In this document: positions 30,964 through 40,465 of the stretch, in pieces
Position numbering within the stretch: position 1 is the stretch's first letter
Layout: every line of letters starts with the position of its first letter
NCBI GenBank assembly: GCA_947168565.1
Contig: CAMVMM010000001.1
Span: 3,939-67,938 of the forward strand
Origin: an uncultured Clostridia bacterium
GTDB taxonomy: Bacteria; Bacillota; Clostridia; Christensenellales; CAG-138
Length of the DNA stretch: 64,000 nt
Direction: 5' to 3'
The notes under the pieces: generated by a model
Databases searched by the model: none
What the model saw: only the letters and a program-made list of their open reading frames with translations
What the model was told of the DNA's origin: nothing
Position numbers and translations under genes: made by a program

Positions 30964-31875
30964 ATGAAGAAACGAATCATCAGCATGGTGCTTGCGCTGC
31001 TTTTCTGCCTTGGCGCCGTGTCCACCGCATTTGCGATGGAGGAGGGCGATTGGCGCGTTGTGTTCGGCGCCGATCTAACGGCGGAGGAGCGGGGCGAGGT
31101 GCTCAAGCTTTTCGGCCTCAGCGACGCGATCGAGCAGGATCAGGCCAGGGTGCTCACCGTTTCCATTTCCGAGGAACGATTCTATCTCAACGGAAAGGTG
31201 CCTTCCGACAAGATCGGTCAGCGCTCCATCTCAAGCATCTTTATCCGCGCGCTCACTCCCGGCAGCGGCATCAAGGTCAGCACGCATAATATCAGCTACT
31301 GCACGGCCGAAATGTACGAAAGCGTGCTTGCGACCGTGGGCATCACGGATGCGGAGATAGTTGTCGCCGCGCCGCGCTCCGTCAGCGGCACCGCCGCCCT
31401 CACCGGCATCTATAAGGCATACGAAAGCATGACCGGCAGCCTTATCAGCGACTATATCAAGCAGGCGGGCTTTGAGGAGCTGCTCACCACCTGGGATCTT
31501 GCCGAGGTCATCGGCTCCGACGAGGCAACCGAGGTCATAATCGAGCTGAAAAAGATCCTTGACGTTACCCAGACCATGGGCGACGACGAGGTTAAGGAAT
31601 GCATCCGCACCATTGCGAACGACAACGACGTGCTTCTGACCGAGGAGCAGGTGGATCAGATACTCAGGCTCGGCAGAACCCTCGAGGGGCTGGACGTGGA
31701 GCAGATCCGCCAGCGTGCGCTGGGTCTTGCAAAGGCCGTTACCGGCTGGCAGAAATTCACCGGCGGCGTGAAGCGCGTGATCGAGGATATCGGAAACTTC
31801 CTTCGTGAGGTCGCAACCTTCCTGAGCAACGTGTTTGTGGACGTTTTCATGCCCAAGGCAAAGCCCGCAAACTGA
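30964..31875 (+). CDS. Secreted protein, DUF1002-like (hypothetical)
   Basis: Has a signal peptide (MKKRIISMVLALLFCLGAVSTAFA). The sequence resembles the Firmicute DUF1002 family as I remember it, and that family call is tentative. Confidence 0.55.
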   Translation: MKKRIISMVLALLFCLGAVSTAFAMEEGDWRVVFGADLTAEERGEVLKLFGLSDAIEQDQARVLTVSISEERFYLNGKVPSDKIGQRSISSIFIRALTPGSGIKVSTHNISYCTAEMYESVLATVGITDAEIVVAAPRSVSGTAALTGIYKAYESMTGSLISDYIKQAGFEELLTTWDLAEVIGSDEATEVIIELKKILDVTQTMGDDEVKECIRTIANDNDVLLTEEQVDQILRLGRTLEGLDVEQIRQRALGLAKAVTGWQKFTGGVKRVIEDIGNFLREVATFLSNVFVDVFMPKAKPAN

Positions 31876-31926
31876 TGCCCGAACCTATTGCCGCATGAAG
31901 CGGCGAATATGACTCTGCTTTACTGT

Positions 31927-31959
31927 GCGGACGGCTCATGCGGCTGTCCGCATTGGTTT
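31927..31959 (+). terminator. Possible terminator after the DUF1002-like gene
   Basis: GCGGACGGCT-(5 nt)-GGCTGTCCGC, a ~10-bp stem with two G-U pairs. The T-tract is weak. Confidence 0.4.
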
Positions 31960-32083
31960 ATCTGCTTTAGGCGCTGAATGGTATGATCGGCCTCGGGACG
32001 CACTTAAACGCTCATATAATCGCTCCTTTGCAGGCCGCAGGCAAATATACCGTGTTTTATATGTCATGATCGTATTATGCTTA

Positions 32084-32112
32084 TTGAGTTTTCGCTCAAA
32101 TTGCCTTATAAT
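32084..32112 (+). promoter_or_regulatory. Promoter TTGAGT-17-TATAAT ahead of nfnA
   Basis: The -35 is at 32084-32089 and the -10 at 32107-32112. Confidence 0.55.
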
Positions 32113-32153
32113 GTTAAAACTTGTATAACTCAAGATCAAAGGAGCGGAATCAA

Positions 32154-33014
32154 GTGTACACAATAGCTGAAAAACGTTCACTGAACCCAACTGTGACCGA
32201 AATGCAGATCCATGCCCCGCTTATTGCGAATAAAGCGAAGCCGGGGCAGTTTATCATCCTTCGCGTGGATGAAGACGGCGAGCGCATACCGCTTACGGTT
32301 GCCGGAGTGGATAAGGAAAAAGGCACCGTGAAGATCATCTTCCAGATCGTCGGTGCTACGACCGAAAAGCTTAACCATAAGAACGCGGGCGAGGCTATAC
32401 AGGATTTTGTGGGCCCGCTCGGCGTTCCCACCCATACGGAGGGCATAAGGAGGGTTTGCATAGTCGGCGGCGGCGTCGGCTGCGCGATCGCCATGCCCGT
32501 TGCGCAGGAGTTTCACCGCCTCGGCGCCCACGTCACAAGCATAATCGGCTTTCGCAGCAGGGATCTGCTCATTCTTGAGGATGAGTTCAGAGCCTGCTCG
32601 GATAAGCTCGTTGTGATGACGGACGACGGCTCCTATGCGCGAAGCGGAAACGTGACCGTGCCGCTCAAGGAAATGCTTGAAGCGGGCGAAAAATTCGACC
32701 TTATCATCACTATAGGGCCGCTTGTTATGATGAAATACGTGACCCTCACGGCAAAGCCCTACGGTATTCCCGTTACCGTTTCAATGAATCCCATTATGAT
32801 AGACGGCACCGGAATGTGCGGCTGCTGCAGGCTTACGCTTCACAGAAACGGCGAGTGCATCACCAAATTTGCCTGCGTTGACGGCCCGGATTTCAACGGC
32901 TACGAGGTGGATTTCGACGAGGCGATGAGCCGCGGCAGAATGTATTTTGATTTTGAGCGCCGTGCCCACGAGCACGCGTGCAATCTGTTTAAAAAGGCCG
33001 AAGCGGCGGAATAA
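32154..33014 (+). CDS. nfnA: Ferredoxin-NADP+ oxidoreductase subunit alpha (NfnA / sulfide-dehydrogenase-like FAD/NAD and 2Fe-2S protein)
   Basis: The GTG at 32154 lies 8 nt after AAAGGAG. It has a PyrK-like fold (GQFIILRVDEDGERIPLTVA, GGGVGCA) and a C-terminal Cys cluster (GTGMCGCCR...C). Confidence 0.75.
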   Translation: MYTIAEKRSLNPTVTEMQIHAPLIANKAKPGQFIILRVDEDGERIPLTVAGVDKEKGTVKIIFQIVGATTEKLNHKNAGEAIQDFVGPLGVPTHTEGIRRVCIVGGGVGCAIAMPVAQEFHRLGAHVTSIIGFRSRDLLILEDEFRACSDKLVVMTDDGSYARSGNVTVPLKEMLEAGEKFDLIITIGPLVMMKYVTLTAKPYGIPVTVSMNPIMIDGTGMCGCCRLTLHRNGECITKFACVDGPDFNGYEVDFDEAMSRGRMYFDFERRAHEHACNLFKKAEAAE

Positions 33015-33025
33015 GGAGTCGGAAA

Positions 33026-34435
33026 ATGGCAGTAGTTCAGAAAAAGCATGGGATGCCCACCCAGAAGCCCGAGGTCAGGGCGCATAATTTCAGCGAGGTT
33101 GCGCTCGGCTATACCGCCGAGATAGCGGTCGAGGAGGCGAAGCGCTGCCTCAACTGCAAGAATCGCCCCTGCGTTGAGGGCTGCCCCGTGAATATAAATA
33201 TTCCCGATTTCATTTCAAAAATGAAGGAGGGCGATTTTGAGGGCGCGTACAGCGTGATAAGCCAAAGCTCCTCCCTGCCCGCGGTTTGCGGAAGGGTATG
33301 CCCGCAGGAAACGCAGTGCGAAAGCAAATGTACGCTCGGCATCAGATTTGAGCCCGTTGCCATCGGCAGGCTTGAAAGATTCGCCGCCGATCACCACAAC
33401 GAGCATTCGCTTGAAAAGCCGCAGCCTCCCGAGCAGAACGGCCATCGCGTTGCTATAGTCGGCTCCGGTCCCTCCGGGCTTACCTGCGCGGGCGATCTTG
33501 CCAAGAAGGGCTATAAGGTCACTGTTTTTGAGGCGCTTCACACTGCGGGCGGCGTGCTCGTGTACGGCATACCGGAGTTTCGCTTGCCCAAGGCGATAGT
33601 TGCAAAAGAGGTGGAAACGCTCAAGGCGCTGGGCGTGGATATAGAAACAAACGTGGTGATAGGAAAAACGCTCACCGTGGACGAGCTTTTCGAGCAGGGC
33701 TACGAGGCGGTGTTCATCGGCTCCGGAGCGGGCCTTCCGAACTTCATGGGCATACCCGGCGAGAGCCTGAAGGGCGTTTATTCCGCCAATGAATTCCTTA
33801 CAAGAAGCAATCTTATGAGGGCGTATCTGAGCGATCCCGTCACCCCCGTCATGAAGGGCGGCAAGGTTGCGGTCGTCGGCGGCGGAAACGTGGCGATGGA
33901 CGCGGCGAGAACGGCGCTTCGCCTTGGCGCGGAGAAGGTGTATATAGTTTACCGCCGCTCCATGGAGGAGCTTCCCGCGCGCCGCGAGGAGGTGGAGCAC
34001 GCCGAGGAGGAGGGCATCGACTTCAGGCTGCTTAATAACCCCGTGGAGATTCTGGGCTATGAGAACCCGAGCGACCCGCGCGATCCGAAAAACGGCTTTG
34101 TGCGCAGCATGCGCTGCATCCGCATGGAGCTTGGCGAGCCGGACGCAAACGGCAGAAGAAGCCCCATCCCGATTCCCGGAAGCGAGTTCGAGCTTGAGGT
34201 GGACGCCGTGATAATCTCCATCGGCACCAGCCCCAATCCCCTCATCAAGGACACGACCGCAGGACTTGAGGTCAATAAAAAGGGCGGCATAATTGTGAAT
34301 GAGCAGGGGCTCACCTCCCGCAAGGGGCTCTATGCGGGCGGCGACGCGGTAACGGGCGCTGCCACGGTCATATCCGCGATGGGCGCGGGCAAGACCGCCG
34401 CAAGGGCGATAGATGAAGCGCTGACGAACGGATAA
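33026..34435 (+). CDS. nfnB: NADPH-dependent glutamate synthase small-chain-like protein (NfnB/GltD type)
   Basis: 469 aa. It has two N-terminal Fe-S Cys motifs and two Rossmann motifs (VAIVGSGPSGL, VAVVGGGNVAMD). Confidence 0.8.
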   Translation: MAVVQKKHGMPTQKPEVRAHNFSEVALGYTAEIAVEEAKRCLNCKNRPCVEGCPVNINIPDFISKMKEGDFEGAYSVISQSSSLPAVCGRVCPQETQCESKCTLGIRFEPVAIGRLERFAADHHNEHSLEKPQPPEQNGHRVAIVGSGPSGLTCAGDLAKKGYKVTVFEALHTAGGVLVYGIPEFRLPKAIVAKEVETLKALGVDIETNVVIGKTLTVDELFEQGYEAVFIGSGAGLPNFMGIPGESLKGVYSANEFLTRSNLMRAYLSDPVTPVMKGGKVAVVGGGNVAMDAARTALRLGAEKVYIVYRRSMEELPARREEVEHAEEEGIDFRLLNNPVEILGYENPSDPRDPKNGFVRSMRCIRMELGEPDANGRRSPIPIPGSEFELEVDAVIISIGTSPNPLIKDTTAGLEVNKKGGIIVNEQGLTSRKGLYAGGDAVTGAATVISAMGAGKTAARAIDEALTNG

Positions 34436-34458
34436 GCTGTTATCCGGTCATGATATAT

Positions 34459-34489
34459 CAAAAGCGGCCCTTCTGCGGCCGCTTTTTTT
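34459..34489 (+). terminator. Intrinsic terminator after nfnB
   Basis: AAAGCGGCC-(7 nt)-GGCCGCTTT followed by TTTT. Confidence 0.75.
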
Positions 34490-34511
34490 GCGCAAAATGC
34501 CGCCGTCGATA

Positions 34512-34540
34512 TTGAAAAATCATTAAAAATGCACTATAAT
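34512..34540 (+). promoter_or_regulatory. Promoter TTGAAA-17-TATAAT ahead of plsX
   Basis: The -35 is at 34512-34517 and the -10 at 34535-34540. Confidence 0.6.
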
Positions 34541-34626
34541 AAAACTTGTTTGTTTTGAACAGGGCGGGGTTTCTCCGCCAACCCGATCGAAAGGAAGCCT
34601 TTATAGGTCAAAACAGGTTTAACTCA

Positions 34627-35643
34627 ATGAAGTTTGCGATAGACGTTTTCGGCGGCGACAACTCCCCCACCGCCGTTATCAAGGGCTGCGTGGACGCGCT
34701 GCAGCTTTACAACGATTTTTCCCTCATCCTCTGCGGAGATGAAAGCATAATTAAAAACGAGCTTTCACAGTATGAATACGACGCCTCCCGCGTGGAGATA
34801 GTTCACGCTCCGGACGTGATCGGCTGCGACGAGCAGCCCACGGTGGCGATAAAGCGCAAAAAGGAAAGCTCGCTTGTGAAGGCGCTGTATCTCACGCAGT
34901 ATGGGACGGCGGACTGCTTTATTTCCGCGGGCAGCACCGGAGCCGTGCTTGCGGGCGCAACGCTCATAGTTAAGCGCGTTCCGGGCATAAAGCGCCCCGC
35001 GCTTGCCCCGATAATGCCGACCCTCAAAGGGCCTGTCATGCTCATCGACTGCGGCGCGAACGTGGACTGCAAGCCGGAATACCTATTGCAGTTTGCCGTT
35101 ATGGGCACCGCCTATATGAGGGACGTTGTGGGCATAGAAAACCCACGAGTGGGCCTTATAAACAACGGAGCCGAGGAGGGCAAGGGCAACGAGCTTACTA
35201 AGGCCGTGTATCAGCTTTTGAAGGCGATGAGCGGCATCAATTTCGTTGGCAACTGCGAAGCAAGGGACGTTATGAGCGGCAATTTCGACGTGCTCGTGTG
35301 CGACGGCTTCGTTGGAAACGCGGTGCTGAAGGCAACTGAGGGCGCCGCCGAGGCCGTGATGAAGATGATAAAAAGCGAGCTTATGAGCAGAAAGCGCTCC
35401 AAATTCGGCGCTATGTTTTGCAGAAAATCCTTCCGCGCGCTCAAGAAAAAAATGGACTATACCGAATACGGCGGAGCGCCTATGCTGGGCATAAACGGCG
35501 GCATAATCAAGGCGCACGGCAGCAGCGACGCGAAGGCGTTCTGCTCCGCTGTCGGCCAGGCAAGAAGGCTGGTGCTTGGACGTATAACCGAGAGCATCGC
35601 AAGGGCGGTGGAAGCAATGCCGGCGGACGAGGGCGAGAATTAA
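34627..35643 (+). CDS. plsX: Phosphate acyltransferase PlsX
   Basis: Canonical N-terminus MKFAIDVFGGDNSP at ATG 34627, with GSTGA and NGGIIKAHGSS motifs. Confidence 0.92.
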   Translation: MKFAIDVFGGDNSPTAVIKGCVDALQLYNDFSLILCGDESIIKNELSQYEYDASRVEIVHAPDVIGCDEQPTVAIKRKKESSLVKALYLTQYGTADCFISAGSTGAVLAGATLIVKRVPGIKRPALAPIMPTLKGPVMLIDCGANVDCKPEYLLQFAVMGTAYMRDVVGIENPRVGLINNGAEEGKGNELTKAVYQLLKAMSGINFVGNCEARDVMSGNFDVLVCDGFVGNAVLKATEGAAEAVMKMIKSELMSRKRSKFGAMFCRKSFRALKKKMDYTEYGGAPMLGINGGIIKAHGSSDAKAFCSAVGQARRLVLGRITESIARAVEAMPADEGEN

Positions 35644-35736
35644 GCCCCCTCATCCCCAGCTTCCGGTTTTCGCGCGGCAACATATTTTAAACATAAATTT
35701 GCCGCGAATTTGAGCTTAAAATCCCGCGCGTTCCAA

Positions 35737-35765
35737 TTGACAGAACGCGCCTTATAATGTAGAAT
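35737..35765 (+). promoter_or_regulatory. Promoter TTGACA-17-TAGAAT ahead of acpP
   Basis: The -35 is at 35737-35742 and the -10 at 35760-35765. Confidence 0.55.
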
Positions 35766-35821
35766 ATGCTATTGGAAAGTGCCGCAGGCCAATGGCACGA
35801 ATCTGAAAGGAGATTACTTTT

Positions 35822-36058
35822 ATGCTTAAAGAGAATATGTTTGAAGAAGTCCGCAAGGCTATTGCCGAGCAGCTCAACATTTCCGAGGATCGCATCACCG
35901 AGGATTCCAGGCTGATCGACGACCTCAAGGCCGACTCGCTCGACGTTGTGGAGCTTGTGATGGGTCTTGAGGAGCGCTACGGCATCGAGATCCCGGACGA
36001 GGATCTGCCCGGCATCAAAACCGTTGGCGACATCATCAGCTACATCGAATCCAAATAA
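35822..36058 (+). CDS. acpP: Acyl carrier protein
   Basis: 78 aa with the LKADSLDVVELVM phosphopantetheine-Ser motif. Confidence 0.95.
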   Translation: MLKENMFEEVRKAIAEQLNISEDRITEDSRLIDDLKADSLDVVELVMGLEERYGIEIPDEDLPGIKTVGDIISYIESK

Positions 36059-36130
36059 TCCTTCCCGCCTGCCCACATAGGCAAATCAGCTTATGTGGGC
36101 ATTTATGTATTTTTATAAAAAGGGCTTTTT

Positions 36131-36865
36131 ATGAACGAAAAACGCCTCAAGGAGCTAAGTGAGCTTATGTTAAAGCTCAGCTACAGCTTCACCGACCCCA
36201 CGCTTTTAAACACCGCCCTCACCCATTCATCCTACGTGAAGGGCGAGAATCGGGCAAGCACCCACAACGAACGCATGGAGTTTTTGGGCGATGCTGTACT
36301 TGAGCTTTGCGTGAGCGAATATCTGTATAAAAACTATCCCCATATGAACGAGGGCATGATGACCCGCACCCGCTCCCGCGCCGTTTACGAGCCGGCGCTC
36401 TATGAGGCGGCAAAGGCGCTTGAGCTTGGCAGGTTCATCCGGCTCAGCCATGGCGAGGAGCACACAGGCGGCAGGGATAAGCCCTCCGTTTTATCCGATG
36501 CGCTTGAGGCCGTGATCGGCGCCATGTATCTTGACGGCGGGCTGGACTGCGCAAAGCGCTTCGTGCTCACCTTTGCCGAAGCAAGCGTGAAGGCCGCCGT
36601 GCTGAGCGTTTCCGCAAAGGATTATAAAACGCTGCTTCAGGAATATGTGCAGCATCATCACAGCGGGGAGCTGGAATACACCGTGATAGGCATAAACGGG
36701 CCGGATCACAAGCGCGTTTTCACGATGCAGGTCAGCATCGGCGGCATCGTGTACGGCTTTGGCAGCGGCAGCACAAAGCAGGAGGCGGGGCAAAACGCCG
36801 CGAAGGCAACGCTTGAGCTGCTGAATCTGCCCGATGGCGATCCGCGCCCTTCGGATGAGATTTAA
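36131..36865 (+). CDS. rnc: Ribonuclease III
   Basis: Has the signature NERMEFLGDAVLE and a C-terminal dsRBD (GPDHKRVFTMQV...GSGSTKQEAGQNAA). Confidence 0.95.
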   Translation: MNEKRLKELSELMLKLSYSFTDPTLLNTALTHSSYVKGENRASTHNERMEFLGDAVLELCVSEYLYKNYPHMNEGMMTRTRSRAVYEPALYEAAKALELGRFIRLSHGEEHTGGRDKPSVLSDALEAVIGAMYLDGGLDCAKRFVLTFAEASVKAAVLSVSAKDYKTLLQEYVQHHHSGELEYTVIGINGPDHKRVFTMQVSIGGIVYGFGSGSTKQEAGQNAAKATLELLNLPDGDPRPSDEI

Positions 36866-36880
36866 ATTCAATACGTACCT

Positions 36881-39800
36881 ATGCAGTTAACCAAATTAGA
36901 AATAATCGGATTCAAATCCTTTGCCAGAAAAACCGAGCTGCTTTTTCAGCAGGGTGTGACCGGCATTCTTGGGCCGAACGGCTGCGGCAAAAGCAATATT
37001 GCCGACGCCTTTCGCTTTGTTTTGGGCGAGCAGAGCGCCCGTGCGCTTCGCGGCAAAAAGGTTGAGGACTTTATCTTCGGCGGCACCGAAAAGCGCAAAC
37101 CGCTCTCGTATTGCGAGGTTTCCATGTATTTCGACAATACGGACGGCTCCCTTGCCTCCCCCTACTCCGAGGTTGCGGTTTCAAGGCGCGCCTTCCGCTC
37201 CGGCGAGAGCGAGTATTACATAAATAAATCACCGTGCAGGCTGAAGGATATTCAGGAGCTCTTCCGCGATACCGGCATCGGCAAGGACGGCTATTCCATC
37301 ATAGGCCAGGGCCGCGTGAGCGAGATCCTCTCCGACAGGTCAAACGAGCGCAGGATCGTGTTTGAAGAGGCGGCGGGCGTTATGCGCTACCGCACAAGGA
37401 AGGAGGAGGCGGAAAGAAAGCTTGCGAACACAAGCAAGAATCTTGTTCGCCTTGAGGATATCCTGCTTGAGCTTGAGCAGCGCGTGGAGCCGCTTCGTGA
37501 GCAGAGCGAAAAGGCGCTTGAGTTTGTGAAGCTGCGCGAGGAGCTGCGGGATATGGAGCTTGGTCTGTTTTTGAATCAATACGACAGATCGAACGAGCGC
37601 ATCAAGCTGCTTGAAGAAAGCACCGCTCAGCTTAACGACGAGCTTGCATCGGCATCCGCCGAGGAGGAGGCGCTCAATTCATCCTGCACCGCAGAGGAGG
37701 CCGCCGAAAGAAGGCTTTCCGAAGCAATTAGCGAGGTGTCGCAGCAGCTCATAACGCTTTCGGGAACCGTTGAATCGGAGCTTGGAAACGAAAAGCTGCT
37801 GAACGAGCGCATCGCGGCGCTTGAAAAGGAGATAGCGCAGTATTCCGATGAAATTTCCGAGATAGAGCGCCAAATCACCGTGAACGGCGAGCGAATGGAC
37901 GTGCTTGATAAAAACGTGTCCGGCATGGCGGTGGACTCCGCTTCGCTCGATGAGCGGCTTTTCAAGGCGACCGCCGACTTCAACGCGCTCGACGAAAAAA
38001 TACGCGAAAAGGACGCCGCGCTTGAGGCAAAAAAGCAGGCGATGATGGACGCGATGAACCGCCTTGCGGATACGCGCAGCAGCGTTTCCCGCCTTGAGGC
38101 AATGCGCGAATCGCTTCTAAAAAGGCTTGAGGAGCTTGCCTTTGAGCGCGAAAAGGCGGTTTCGGAGGGCGAAAAGCTTGCAGGCGAGCTTGAAGCGCAT
38201 AAAAAAAGCATCGCCGAATTGACCGAAAAACGGAAGGAGATTTTATCCGGCAGAAGCATGGAATCGGAAAGCGCCGGCAAGCTCGAGGAGAGGCTGCGCC
38301 AAGCCTCGCTTGAGCTGCGCAAATGCGAGGATTCCTCCGCCGCGATGGCGTCAAGGTGCAAGGTGCTGGATGAAATGAAGCGCGCCCACGAGGGCTATTA
38401 CGCAAGCGTTAAAAAGCTTTTGAACGACGCGCAGAGGGACACGAGGCTTGCAGGCCGCATCCACGGCGTGGTGGCAGAGCTTATCTCCGTGCCCGAAAAA
38501 TACGAGCGTGCCATCGAAATGGCGCTTGGCTCGGCGCTTCAAAATATCATAGTGCCGACAGAGCAGGACGCAAAGGCGGTCATCGAGCATCTGCGCAGCC
38601 GCGAATACGGCAGGGCGACGCTTCTGCCCGTCACCGCTATGCGCTCAAGGCTGCTTTCAAGCGAGGAGCGCGGCTATATCGGTGTTGACGGCTGCTACGG
38701 CGTTGCTTCCGACCTTATAGGCTATTCCCCGGAGTTTCGCGGCGTTATAGAAAACCTGCTCGGGCGCACCGTTATCGTGCGCGATATGGATACGGGCATA
38801 CTTATAAACAAGCGCGCGCATTCCGCCTTCCGCATCGCAACGCTTGAGGGCGATATTCTGAACCCGGGCGGCAGCATGACCGGCGGCAGCGTTCAAAAGC
38901 GCGAATTCAGCCTGCTTGGCCGCGAAAGGGAGCTTGATGAGCTTACCGAAAGGCTGAAGCGCTCCGTGGCAAGGTCAAACGAAATAAAGACCGATATCAA
39001 AAAGCTTGAGGAGGAGCTGAGCGCACGCAGAAGCGCCGTTTCCGAATTCGACGCAAGGCTTCATGACGCCGAGCTTGCCCTTGCCTCGCTGCGCGAAAAA
39101 GAGGATATTTCCAAAAGATACATCCAAAAAAACGAGGCCTCGCTTCAGGCGCTGGACGAGGAAAGGGTCAGGATCGACGATTCGGTTCTTGATATAGATA
39201 AAAAGCGCGGCGAAGCGGAGCGAACGGAGCACAGCATAGCCGATGACAACAGCGTTACAAGCGACGACATAAGGCTTGGGCAGCAGGAGCTTGCGGAGCT
39301 TCGCACGAGGCTGCAAAGGTCGAACAACGCCGTTGCGGAGCTGCAGGTGCTTATCATGGCGGCCACAAAGGAAAAGGATGCCGCAAACGCCGAGCTTGCC
39401 CGTCTTGAGTCGGAAAACGCCGCCCTTTTTCAGCGCAGAGTGCAGCGGCATTCCTCCATCGAGAATTCAAATAGGTCCATCGCGGAGCTTAAAACGGAGC
39501 TTTCCGAGGTTTCCTCGGTCGTTAGCGAGGATAAGGAAAAGGCGGATAAGCTTACGGACGAGCTGCGCAGGCTTGAAGCGGAGCGCGCGCAGCATTTGAA
39601 CCTGCTTGACGATGCCCGCACAAGGCGGGAGAGCGCGCTTGCCTCGATAGATGAATTGAAAGAAAGGCTTCATAAAAACGAGCTGAATCTCAATAAGCTG
39701 ACCATCGATTTGCAGAATATGGTGGATCGCATCTGGGAGGAATACGAGCTTACCTACGAAAACGCGCAGGATTATCGCAAAACCATCTCCACAACTCAGA

Positions 39801-40438
39801 TGCACTCCCGCTGCGACGAGCTAAAGCGCGCGATCAGGGCGCTTGGCGAGGTCAACACCGCCTCCATCGAGGATTATAAGAGCGTTAAGGAGCGCTACGA
39901 GGACCTTTCCGCGCAGTGCGGCGACCTTAGAAAGGCCGAGGCCGACCTGAACGAGCTTATCGGCGAGCTTACCGCCACCATGGAGCGGGAATTTGTGGAG
40001 CAGTTTGCAATGATCCAGGAAAACTTCAGCGAAACCTTCCGCGAGCTTTTCGGCGGCGGCCGTGCGGAGCTGGTGCTTTCCGACAAAAGTGACGTGCTCA
40101 ATTCAAATATAGACATCATCGCCCAGCCGCCGGGAAAGAAGCTGCAGCTTCTGACCCTGCTTTCAGGCGGAGAGCAGGCGCTCACGGCAATCGCTCTGCT
40201 TTTTGCGATACTGAAGCTCAAGCCCGCCGCTTTCTGCATTCTGGACGAGATAGACACCTCGCTTGATGAGGCGAACGTGGACTGCTTTGCGAAGTATTTA
40301 AGCTCTTACGCACGCGGCACGCAGTTCATAATCATCACGCACCGCAAGGGCGCTATGGCCGTTTGCGATGCGCTTTACGGCGTTTCAATGGAGGAAAAGG
40401 GCGTTTCCTCGCTCGTTTCCGCCAAATTCAACTTATAA
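36881..40438 (+). CDS. smc: Chromosome segregation protein SMC
   Basis: 1185 aa. Walker A (GPNGCGKSN), long coiled coils, a hinge, then LSGGEQALTAIALLFA and Walker B (FCILDEID). Confidence 0.95.
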   Translation: MQLTKLEIIGFKSFARKTELLFQQGVTGILGPNGCGKSNIADAFRFVLGEQSARALRGKKVEDFIFGGTEKRKPLSYCEVSMYFDNTDGSLASPYSEVAVSRRAFRSGESEYYINKSPCRLKDIQELFRDTGIGKDGYSIIGQGRVSEILSDRSNERRIVFEEAAGVMRYRTRKEEAERKLANTSKNLVRLEDILLELEQRVEPLREQSEKALEFVKLREELRDMELGLFLNQYDRSNERIKLLEESTAQLNDELASASAEEEALNSSCTAEEAAERRLSEAISEVSQQLITLSGTVESELGNEKLLNERIAALEKEIAQYSDEISEIERQITVNGERMDVLDKNVSGMAVDSASLDERLFKATADFNALDEKIREKDAALEAKKQAMMDAMNRLADTRSSVSRLEAMRESLLKRLEELAFEREKAVSEGEKLAGELEAHKKSIAELTEKRKEILSGRSMESESAGKLEERLRQASLELRKCEDSSAAMASRCKVLDEMKRAHEGYYASVKKLLNDAQRDTRLAGRIHGVVAELISVPEKYERAIEMALGSALQNIIVPTEQDAKAVIEHLRSREYGRATLLPVTAMRSRLLSSEERGYIGVDGCYGVASDLIGYSPEFRGVIENLLGRTVIVRDMDTGILINKRAHSAFRIATLEGDILNPGGSMTGGSVQKREFSLLGRERELDELTERLKRSVARSNEIKTDIKKLEEELSARRSAVSEFDARLHDAELALASLREKEDISKRYIQKNEASLQALDEERVRIDDSVLDIDKKRGEAERTEHSIADDNSVTSDDIRLGQQELAELRTRLQRSNNAVAELQVLIMAATKEKDAANAELARLESENAALFQRRVQRHSSIENSNRSIAELKTELSEVSSVVSEDKEKADKLTDELRRLEAERAQHLNLLDDARTRRESALASIDELKERLHKNELNLNKLTIDLQNMVDRIWEEYELTYENAQDYRKTISTTQMHSRCDELKRAIRALGEVNTASIEDYKSVKERYEDLSAQCGDLRKAEADLNELIGELTATMEREFVEQFAMIQENFSETFRELFGGGRAELVLSDKSDVLNSNIDIIAQPPGKKLQLLTLLSGGEQALTAIALLFAILKLKPAAFCILDEIDTSLDEANVDCFAKYLSSYARGTQFIIITHRKGAMAVCDALYGVSMEEKGVSSLVSAKFNL

Positions 40439-40465
40439 CGATAATCATTTAAGGAGAATAAACCT